Assembly: GCF_032191835.1 (NCBI RefSeq)
Contig: NC_083227.1
Location: 21,266,001 to 21,330,000, forward strand
Reading direction: 5' to 3'
DNA: 64,000 nucleotides
DNA from: Heteronotia binoei
Lineage: Eukaryota
Each line of letters starts with the position of its first letter. Positions within the stretch are counted from its first letter, which is position 1. The position numbers and the translations under genes are program-made. Below, in pieces: positions 1-9,622 of the stretch. The notes under the pieces were generated by a model. The model made no database searches, was not told the DNA's origin, and worked only from the letters and a program-made list of their open reading frames with translations.

Positions 1-974
1 TCTTTCTCACTTGGACTCACAGCAGACTATGCAGTGTGAGTAACTACAGTCGACAGAATAGTTGCCACGCAGTTGCCAATCGACCCACCCACACATTCTT
101 GCAGTCTCCCAAAACTTTGGAGCAAACCAAGTTTGAGAAGGATTGGAGAAAAGCTGGGAAATGTACCACGATGCTGTAGGGAAGAATATTGCGGGGGGGA
201 CTGCTTCCCAAAAGCTTTGAACTCAGGACACATAACGAGCAGGGAAGATCCAGTGCATAAATAGTTGACACCACTAGTAAGGGGTTCTTTTTCATCTGGG
301 GAAGGAAGCTTTGGGAACCAACATTTGGAGAGCACAAGATGTGTCCTGTACTACTGGTTTGTCTTAAAGAACAGTGAAATCTCTCAGAATATGCTCTTTC
401 TGTTGCAGTTCTTGTAGAAACTCCCGTCACAGAAACCATGACTGCCAACACAGAGGAAGCTAACAAAACCGTAACCGAAGAACTGCTGGAAAGCGCAGGT
501 AATGCACATCCCAGCATTGGGAGTGGGAGCCATGTGTGCACGGGCATCAGTGATGTATGTGGAGATGGCTGTTCACATAAGACACAAGAATGCACAGACT
601 AGGGATGCCAGCCTTCAGATGGCACCTGAGGGATTCCCAACATTGCAGCTCATCTCCAGACTACAGAGATCAGTTCCCCAGGAGAAAATGAATTCTATGA
701 CATCACATCCTTGCTGAGCTCCAAACTCTGCCCCTCCCCCACTTCCACCCCCAAATCTCCCAAGAATTTCCCAATCTGGAGCTGGCAGCCAGGGGAGACC
801 TGGCAACCCTACCACAGAGAGGACTTTCTGGCTCAGGGAAGAGTGCATCTGTTGGTCTGGAAGGAAGGGAAACGGGGGACACCTCTTTCCTCAAGGACCT
901 TTACAGGGGTGGTGTGCTTGACTTCTTTTCAAACTGAAATTGACATACTGCCAATATATCAAAACGATGATGAT

Positions 975-1235
975 GACGATATTGGATTTATATCCCGCAC
1001 AATGCTCTGAATCTCAGAGTGGCTCACAATCTCCTTTATCTTTTCCCCGACAACAAACACCCTGTGAGGTGGGTGGGGCTGAGAGAGCTGTCCCAAAAGA
1101 TGCCCTTTCAAAGAAAACTCCTACAAAGCTATGGCTGAGCCAAGGCCATTCCAACAGCTGCAAGTGGAGGATTGGGGAATCAAACCCGGTTCTCCCAGAT
1201 AAGAGTCCACATATTTAACCATACACCAAACTGGC
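975..1235 (-). mobile_element. tRNA-head SINE with L2-type 3' tail (family 2)
   Basis: Reverse complement of the repeated GCCAGTTTGGTGTAGTGGTTAAG...GGGAGAACCGGGTTTGATTCCCC...CCTCACAGGGTGTCTGTTGTG unit. Confidence 0.8.
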
Positions 1236-1546
1236 TCTCATCTGCTACACGGGTGCTAATAATTTCTTGGAAACTTCCATGATGTGGTTTTGGGGAGGGG
1301 GGAACCTGCCTTTTCAGGCAAAGAATGCTGTGAGGGACTTTTTTCCAAGGAAGCTTCCAAGATCTCAGCAAGGAGAGGGCTTTCTTTCTCTACTGGGAAA
1401 AAGGAGAGTGCTTTCCATCAAGGAAACAAGCACAGTCTTGGTCCTAGCCAGGGAGGAGGGGGGTAATCTGTTTGCCACTACTGGCAAAGAACATGGTAGA
1501 ACAATTTTCCCATGGAAGTTTCTAAGATGTGGCTTTGAGGAGGGCA

Positions 1547-1775
1547 AGAGCCCTGTGGCGCAGAGTGGCAAAGCTGCAGTCCAAGCTCTGCTCCCGACCT
1601 GAGCTCGATCGCGGCAGAAGCTGGGTTCAGGTAGCCGGCTCGAGGTTGACTCAGCCTTCCATCCTTCCATGGTCGGTAAAATGAGTACCTAGCTTGCTGG
1701 GGGTAAAGTGTAGATGGCTGGGGAAGGCAATAGCAAATCACCCCGTTAAAAAGTCTGCCATGAAAATGTTGTGAA
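1547..1775 (+). mobile_element. Sauria-type SINE (Bov-B-related tail)
   Basis: GCTCGAGGTTGACTCAGCCTTCCATCCTTCC...GGTCGGTAAAATGAGTACC...GGGGAAGGCAATAGCAAATCACCCCG; homologous copies at 12285, 48325 and 59262. Confidence 0.75.
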
Positions 1776-3614
1776 AAGCTTTAAGGAGGGCATACTTGGC
1801 TGCCTGTATTTGGGAGGAATTTCCTTTTTAAAGAGAATTTTCCTTCTCTTCAGAGTCTCCGAACAGACGTGAGTGTCAAAACACTCCAACCCCACCTATG
1901 AGGAATGAGCTAGAAGGTAGGAATCATTGTTATTGTTTTATCTGCTTCTCAAGCAGACTGTTTCTGATGTTTTCACTGGTGCCCAGGAAAAAAAGCACCT
2001 CAACTCATGTTATTTGCATCTTTTTTTCCAGTGGTGGATAGTGAGGTGGGTGTTGCGCAGCTTTCACCCGCCTCTTGTCTAGCTAATACTAGGACAAAGA
2101 GGAGATGTGTCTGTGGACCACAGAGCACAGCAGAGCACTTGGTGTCACCACCCAGCAAACAGCGTGAGGAAAAGCCTGTGGGAAAAGGTGTGAGGAAAAG
2201 CCAGAGGCTCACAGGAAGGGGTGCAAGAAAGCAGGAAGAACTGAGGAGCAGAAGCACTGCCATGAAGAAATGATGGAGAAGGTGAGGGGTGACTATCAGC
2301 TTCTACAAGAAGCCCTGAAGAGAAACTCCACTGTCCTGGTGACTGCACAGAACACTTTTAAAGATGTTCATGTCACAGCAGCCTTCAGTCCCCACTCCTA
2401 CTACATGCAAGACTTTCTCCACAGTGCTAACACCACAGCATATGTCCACTCAGCTGTGAGGGTGCCACTTTACTCCCCCTGACCAGGACATGATTTTGTG
2501 TTGACACTGTTGTGGCAGAAAATAATAACTGTGGTAAAATTTAAAAAGCTGGAGGTTTGTTAACACAGCTGTAGCTTCTTTATTCAGGACAACCTTTCCC
2601 TAAGGTACCAGTTGCACAAGATGCCTATTGTACCCCCATTTTAATTATTATTGAGAATCTTCATTGATGTTACGGCTACATTGGAGAGTTTGTTACCAGT
2701 TGTGCGAGCTGGTGGTCAGTGACAACGTACTGCACAGTTGTTTGTCATAAAAAGATTTGTTGAAATAATTACTAAGTAAGATGTAGCTTGTGAGAATCTG
2801 TATTTGAATTGTATAATATAGTGTTTTTGGTTGTTTTTTGTCTAATTTTGACACTATTTCCTTGTGCTTTTGCTTATAGTTGCATAAAGAAAAAACACTG
2901 AGGCAGAACACACCCTCTGAAGAAAGAACCGGCAACATTTCTCAAAAGGCGGGAATGCCATCTCCAGACAAAAAACATATAGAAACATTTTCCTCAGGCT
3001 GAAGCAGAAGTAGTTTAGACTATATTTTGCTCACTCCAAGGCTTTCCCCTTCCCTTATCTAGCGATCTTTTATTCTTTATTTACTAATGAAACTTTGTTC
3101 TCTTCCAAAATGGCCGCTACAACACACTGAATTGAGGTTCACTTTCTAGTTCTTGTTTCAACCAGGTTATGTAGAACCTTTTGTTCTACATAAAAGTTCT
3201 GTTTTGAGATATCTGTAACTGATGTAAGTAAATAAACATTGGGCTGTCCATATATAAAGTCAGATGTATGTATGCATTTAAAACCAAACCATTTGAAATA
3301 ACTTTAACCATTAAATACCTCACATTGATGGTCCTGTTCCATTTTCTGTTTCTCAGCGCCCCCCTCCCAACAATCAGTTCATTCCCAGCTATTTTTCACA
3401 TTGTGTAAATGGCATTGCTTATTAGTGCTGAGGTAAATGAACATATATTATTGCAACAGTACATACCTTTACCTAACACAGACTGTCATAACAAAAATGG
3501 ACGTGTGACTTATGTGTGGACATTGTGTACCGTTCAAGCACATGGAGGCACTCTGACGCATCAAAGTGACAAAAAAGATTGTACCTTGAGGTTTCTGAGG
3601 ATTGTTCTACTACT

Positions 3615-3775
3615 ATAAAAGTAGGAAGCTAAGCAAGGCCTGATCTGATGAGTGCTTGCATGGGAGATGAAGGAAATCCAGGGTTGCTACACAGAGGCAG
3701 GCAATGGCAAACCACCTCTGAATATCTCTTGCCTTGAAAACCTTATGGGGTCACCATGAGTCTGTCGCAACTTGA
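3615..3775 (+). mobile_element. 5S rRNA-derived SINE remnant
   Basis: GGAAGCTAAGCAAGGCC...TGCATGGGAGA 5S-like head followed by the GGCAATGGCAAACCACCTCTG...CTTGCCTTGAAAACC tail. Confidence 0.6.
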
Positions 3776-4129
3776 CAGTTTCCTCGTCTGCCTTCCAGCT
3801 CTCTCTTCAGCATAAAAGGCACAGCAGTTCAAGTTCTAGAGAGACAGCGATCACCAAGGTGCCCAGAGGAAAGGAAGCTGGCTACGGAGAAAGGGGAGTA
3901 AAAGACACCCCGCATTGTGGCCGCCTTACTCTTTTCCCAGGTGGCTGTCATGATGCTGTTTGTTGCACTCTTTCTTCTCTGCAGCCAGCTTGCTCTTCTC
4001 CCAGTGGCTGCCTAACTGTTGGGAAGCTGTGGAGAAGAAAAATAATTTTCAGCTGCTTCCAAATAATTGAGGTAGCCAGGTGTACCTCCTTGGGGAGGCT
4101 GTTTCATAATTGTGAGGCTGCCACTGAAG

Positions 4130-4356
4130 AGAAGAAGAGATTGGATTTATACCCCGCTCTTCACTCAAGAGTCTCAGTACAGCTTACAATCTGCTTCCCT
4201 TCCTCTCCACACAACAGACGCGCTGTGAGATAGATGAGGCTGAGAGAACTTGTGACTGACCCACGATTACACCAGCAGGTTGCTTGTGGAGGAGTGGGGA
4301 ATCAAACCTGGTTCTCCCAGATTAGAGTCCACGCACTTAAACACTACACCAGATTG
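4130..4356 (-). mobile_element. tRNA-head SINE with L2-type tail (family 2)
   Basis: Homologous to the family 2 unit. Confidence 0.75.
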
Positions 4357-4497
4357 GCACTCTCACTGAAAAGGCCCTCTTTCATGTACCCCACTAATTG
4401 AGCTTCTTTGACTGATGGGACAGCCAGGAAGGCCTTTCCCTATGTTCTTAGTTCCCAGACAGGAACTTACTTGAGACTATAGCCCTTCATATCCATT

Positions 4498-4711
4498 GGG
4501 GAGGGACGGTGGCTCAGTGGTAGAGCATCTGCTTGGGAAGCAGAAGGTCCCAGGTTCAATCCCCGGCATCTCCAAAAAAGGGTCCAGGCAAATAGGTGTG
4601 AAAAACCTCAGCTTGAGACCCTGGAGAGCCGCTGCCAGTCTGAGAAGACAATACTGACTTTGATGGACCGAGGGTCTGATTCAGTATAAGGCAGCTACAT
4701 ATGTTCATATG
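4498..4711 (+). mobile_element. Young tRNA-derived SINE (family 1, Squam3-like)
   Basis: A box TGGCTCAGTGG, B box GTTCAATCC, body ending TCAGTATAAGGCAGCT...; near-identical copies at 4922, 21854, 40243 and 61881. Confidence 0.85.
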
Positions 4712-4921
4712 AGTAATTGTGCTCAGAAGAGCCTCAGGTGTCAAAGAGCCACTGAGTATCACTGGTCTATATTTCCCCCCCACACACACGTTTTTGCAAA
4801 GTGTACACAGCAAACATACAACATACATTTGTTCCCACTTCAAGCCCTGGATCTCTCTCTGTGAGATTCATACTGCTGAATTAACTGGCCCCAAACCACC
4901 AGTGTCAATAAAGTAAGAGAT

Positions 4922-5147
4922 GGGGAGGGACGGTGGCTCAGTGGTAAAGCATCTGCTTGGGAAGCAGAAGGTCCCAGGTTCAATCCCCGGCATCTCCAAA
5001 AAAGGGTCCAGGCAAATAGGCGTGAAAAACCTCAGCTTGAGACCCTGGAGAGCTGCTGCCAGTCTGAGAAGACAATACTGACTTTGATGGACCGAGGGTC
5101 TGATTCAGTATAAGGCAGCTTCATGTGTTCATTTCATGTGTTCATTT
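4922..5147 (+). mobile_element. Young tRNA-derived SINE (family 1)
   Basis: Almost identical to 4498-4711. Confidence 0.85.
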
Positions 5148-6662
5148 CTAGATAGCTGAACAAAAAACCCAGGAGAAATGTTTATTTGCTCTTAAGCAGC
5201 ACCTCTCCACATCTCCTTCCTCTACCTCCCTGAGCACAACAAAATATCCCTCTTATGTTTGTAACAACTTCTGATTTTACAACAGGGAGCTAGCAAAAGT
5301 AAAAAGGCTTTTACATTTGGCCAGAAAAGAGTTTTTGACCAGCTAGCTGCAGAATCACACACTTAAGCGATAATGAGCGCATTAAGATGGTCAATCAGGA
5401 ATTGCTTGCTTTATAAAATTGTAGAGAGCATTTAGCCAGAAAATCCAGAAGGCTTGTGCATCTGGTAAGGAAAGAGATTGTCTGGCCTGCTACAAAGAGC
5501 TTTTTTGTCATCAAAAAGAAAGGCTTGCTCTTATTATAAACAGTGCAGAGAGCATTTTGCCAGCAAAATTCCAGAAGGCTTTTGGATCTGGTTAAAAAGT
5601 TTAGTGACTGGCTTGCCCTCATAAATATTAACACTTAAGTGGTGCTGAGAGGATAAGTTTTGAAGAAAGTAAAGACACTGCAGGAAGCATTAATGATGGA
5701 ATAAGGCTGATAACCTTGGAGGAAATAGGAATACTCCCGATACTCCTGAGGAAATCTTTGGACATGACGCAATGAGCTTTTTCCTCACCGAATGGACCAT
5801 GTTGTAGAGTTGCATCTCTTTAAAATGCATATAGTATATCTACATGACTTTTAAAAGTTTTATTAAACACTGTTAGCCTGTGCATCACAGTTTTGCTTTT
5901 TTGTATTGTCTACAACAGGAATCCCATAAATTTGTAACAACTTCTAATTGTATAACAGCCTTTTTGAGATTGTGGGGACACTTGGAATTCCCACACAGGG
6001 TGGTGCTTAATCTAATTGATAAAAAGGCGTATTACAACTCACAAGGGAGACTGAAAGGAAACAGTTGGTCAAACCACTTTCAGGACACCATAAACAGCTT
6101 ATCCTGGATGTGTAAAAGGACACAGTGGAAAAGAACAAAAGTCCAGTAGCACCTTAAAGACTTAACAAAATTTGTGGCAGGGTAGGAGCTTACATGAGTG
6201 TCAATTTCTGGTCAATTTCTTGTTCTTTCCTTAGACATAGAATTAAACTTTGATTCAGGCTTTTTTGAACATTTAAGCCCAAAGGAATGTCAGCAAATCA
6301 CTTTTGTATCTTTGGAGAAACACTTCTGGAACCAAAACATCAAGTGTTTCCCAGGATAGCACTGAAAAAGTCAGAACTTTTTTGCTTCCTGACAACCTTC
6401 CAATCCATGCTGTGATTTATACAGAGATTCTAGAAAACTCCCCAGGAGTCATCTGTGATAACATGGTCATGTAAACAGAACTTCAAAGTTCTGAGTTTTG
6501 TGTTAGCTGAAGGGCCCAAAGCTGATGCAAATTTTGAACCTTTAAGAGGCTAGCAATTCTGTTGTTCTGCTGTTAGTTGAACAGTTTGATTCAAGCTGGT
6601 TTAGGACTTGAAATGATTGCCTGCATTTGCTCCAGAAGCTTCACTGGTAACTATGCCTAGGC

Positions 6663-7346
6663 CAGGGGTGTCAAGCATGTGACACAGGGGCTGAATCAGG
6701 CCCTCAGAGAGCTCCTACCAGGCCCTCGAGTGACTGGCTATCTGCTTCCTTCTCTCTCACTTCCTTCTGCATCTCAGCTTGCTTTGCAAGGCTTGCTCAA
6801 TTGCACAGGTGCAATAGAGCAAAGCCTCCATTTTCTGAGGCTTTTCCCTTGGGGAGGAAGAGAGAAATAGCACCCCTTCCCCTCCTTAAGTTCTTTTCTT
6901 CACATGGTCCTTTTCACAGTTTGGGTTTTAAAGTTCTAAGTCGAGTGCTATAACACTACACCAAAGTGGCACTTCAGTTTTATTGCAAAGGAGTTTCAGA
7001 AACAGACTGGAGCGGGAGATGGTTGAATTACAAGTTATTACAACACTCAGGACAATCGAACCCCCAGGTTCTCCCATGGGATCCAGGGAGCGGGGCAAAG
7101 GAGGCTCTGGCTCTTTCTCTCCCTCCCCAGGGGACCAGGAGGGGGAGGAGCCTCAACCAATGGAGAAAATCGAGGTTTTGCTCTGTAGCTCCTGTGTGAC
7201 TGAGCAAGCCTGGCAAAGCAAGTTGAGATACAGAAGGAAGCAAGAGAGGGGGAGAAAGAGGCAGACAAGAGCCAGTTGCTCGGCGGCCTGATAGGAGCCC
7301 TCCGGGGGCCTGGTTTGGCCTTCAGGCCGCATGTTTGACACCCCTG
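6663..7346. mobile_element. Two inward-facing left-end fragments of a hAT (Charlie-like) non-autonomous element
   Basis: CAGGGGTGTCAAGCATG at 6663 and CATGTTTGACACCCCTG at ~7346; flanks are CTAG-centred but not identical; same family as 63206-63794. Confidence 0.65.
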
Positions 7347-7774
7347 AGCTAGAAGGCCAAAAAGAGTGGGGCACAAGAAACCATGGCTGTGGCCTCTCCA
7401 TGTATGCACTACAAAAGAGAGTCAAGAGGGCCTCTTGCCATTATGTATTTTTAACTGCTGACTGGTAGTAACCTTTGGGGTTCTACGTTGGCCTATCTGT
7501 GTCCGTAATGTGCATAAATATTTTCTTCCCAAGCTAGACAGGCCAAGCTCAATTGTCCGGTTCTTGTGATGTGCTTGCACCTGCTTTCAGGGGGCCTTTG
7601 GGTATGAACTCTGGGGGGCAGGAACTGCACTTTGGCACCTAATGCTTTGAACTGTATAACGGTTATCCCAAGGTATACGTAGGGGGCATCTGCCTGCCAT
7701 TTTCAGTTTTCGCAAGAAGCATCTTGCCTGAAGTGTCTCAGTATTTCAATAAAGCTTCTTTTACCAAAGAAGGA

Positions 7775-8205
7775 GTGTGTTGGTGTAGTGGTTAAGTGTG
7801 CGGACTCTTGTCTGGGAGAACCCGGTTTGATTCCCCACTCAGAAGCCTTCCCACTGTTGCTTCCAACCCAAGCAGCAAGAAGACAGAGCATCACTACCCC
7901 AGATAAAGCGTTCCATCTATACCTTGTAGCTAGCCAGTTTGGTGTAGTGGTTAAGTGTGCGGACTCTTATCTGGGAGAACCCAGATAAGATTCCCCACTC
8001 CTCCACTTGCAGCTGCTGAAATGGCCTTGGGTTAGCCATAACTCTTGCAGAGCTGTCCTTGAAAGGGCAGCTGCTGTGAGAGCCCTCTCAGCCCTACCTA
8101 CCTCACAGGGTGTCTGTTGGGGGAGAGGACAAAGGACATTGTAAGCCGCTCTGAGACTCTGATTCAGAGAAAGGCGGGGTATAAATCTGCAGTCTTTTTC
8201 TTCTT
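7775..8205 (+). mobile_element. Composite: family 2 SINE head + CR1 fragment + full family 2 SINE
   Basis: SINE head 7775-7840, CR1 3' piece 7841-7933, complete SINE 7933-8205. Confidence 0.75.
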
Positions 8206-8735
8206 TTAAGGACAAAAAGGGCTAGCTTTTCTCCATTACAGGCACATTTATATTTTCCTTTTCAGGAAACAATATAATGGACTTTGTATAATACTAAAGC
8301 TTGGTGCAATGGACACATCATCTCCTTTATTTTAGCAAATTCTCATTCGTTGACCAAAAGTCTGATCTCCAATGACAAGTATATTTATTTAGCTTATTCA
8401 TAGACCACCTTTCTCAAGTATGCCTGTGTCACACTGCAGAACAACAGAGTATTTGTCAAATGCCCAGCAGGCTACCGTACATGGTTAGTGACTTGCATTC
8501 AGCAGGTGGATCACAGATCTTCTGACCCATTTTAGGCCCCCCACAGAAGAAGTCAGAATGGAAGATGGTTTCTGCGTGGCATGGCAGTCAGAAATTACTC
8601 TCCTCTCTCAGAGAGAAACCTTGGATTCCTGAACAAAACATTTCGGCCACATTCCGAGCCGTTCTCTTCCTCAGTGAGAGCTATCTTGCAATGAACAAGG
8701 CTCACCCTACCCCAAGAATCTGTCCCCCTCCCAAC

Positions 8736-9622
8736 TTAATCACTCATACTTTTCTCCTGGGCGTACCCTGTCAAGACCTTTAGGGGAGGAGGGGCCAGGG
8801 ACAGATCTCCCCCCTTTGGAGCAATGACACGGTTTCTCCCACCCACCATTGGTTTTTTCACGCACAACAAAGTGCAGTTTCCCAACACAACATAGCCCAC
8901 CGCAGGAGTGTTCAAATGACTTCCCTTCCCACAGGTTTCCCTCTCGTGCTGGACCAAGGAGGCCCTGCGCCGGTAACTCTTTCCACAGTCTTTGCAAATG
9001 TAAGGCCTCTCACCCGTGTGTACACTTTTGTGTTGGCTGAGGTTGGAGCTGGTGCTGAAGCTTTTCCCGCAGTCTGTGCACTTGTGGGGCCTCTCCCCCG
9101 TATGGATCTTCACATGCCTACGCAGCTGAGACTGGCATGGCCACCTTTTCCCACAGTATGAGCATTCGTAGGATTGAGTCTTTGGAGGCAGTCCAAGGTC
9201 CGGACTCGGACTGAAGCTTTTCCTGCCCTCAGCCGCGTGCTCGGGGAGTTTCACTCTGGAAGAGCGCTCATTTAAGCTTCCGCCATCTTCCTCCCTGCAG
9301 TCAAAATCCCTCTGCAGCATCTTCCCTAGAGAATTCTCTGGGGGTTGTTTTGACCCCCGATGTCTTCCCGGTGCTCCATCCCCTAAAGGAACATGGAAGA
9401 GGGTCCTCTGGGGCTTTTCCAAAGAGAGTTCACAGCCTTCCGCTGGTCTGGCTCCCTCCGGTGGATGGTTCTGTCCTTCCTTCTCACTGTCTCGGACAAA
9501 AGCAAAATCCTGATGAAGTTTCCCTCCTGCCCATTCTGTCAGCTTCATGCTGTCTTCCACATGCTCAGATTCCTTGGGAGGAAGATTCTCTGCCTCATTC
9601 TCAATCATCTGCCTATCGCATA
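8736..9622 (-). CDS. Gene A zinc-finger exon (2 C2H2 + 1 C2HC finger, frameshifted decayed tail)
   Basis: Acceptor TTTTCATTCCAG at 9623; YECSYCGKRWPCQSQLRRHVKIH, HKCTDCGKSFSTSSNLSQHKSVH, YICKDCGKSYRRRASLVQHERETC. Confidence 0.85.

Larger units (their letters stand above)
409..2482 (+). pseudogene. 3' exons of a spliced gene/pseudogene resembling the C-terminus of a Harbinger Myb/SANT-like (MSANTD-type) protein; exons 409-498, 1854-1868, 2032-2482; frameshifted
   Basis: All three exons have polypyrimidine-AG acceptors, the first two have GT donors, and phases are compatible (1-1, 1-1, 1-). Translation: LVETPVTETMTANTEEANKTVTEELLESA-ESPNR-LVDSEVGVAQLSPASCLANTRTKRR..., followed by a coiled-coil-like EEQKHCHEEMMEKVRGDYQLLQEALKRN in a shifted frame. 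The Myb domain itself is not visible, so family assignment is inference. Confidence 0.35.

Noticed and set aside
3400-3620. Convergent Harbinger transposase remnant (HLHNV) next to the Myb-like exons
   Set aside because: Only a 3-4 residue match; not supportable
4498-4575. tRNA genes (here and at other SINE heads)
   Set aside because: Imperfect acceptor stem, and each continues into an identical SINE body; these are tRNA-derived SINEs
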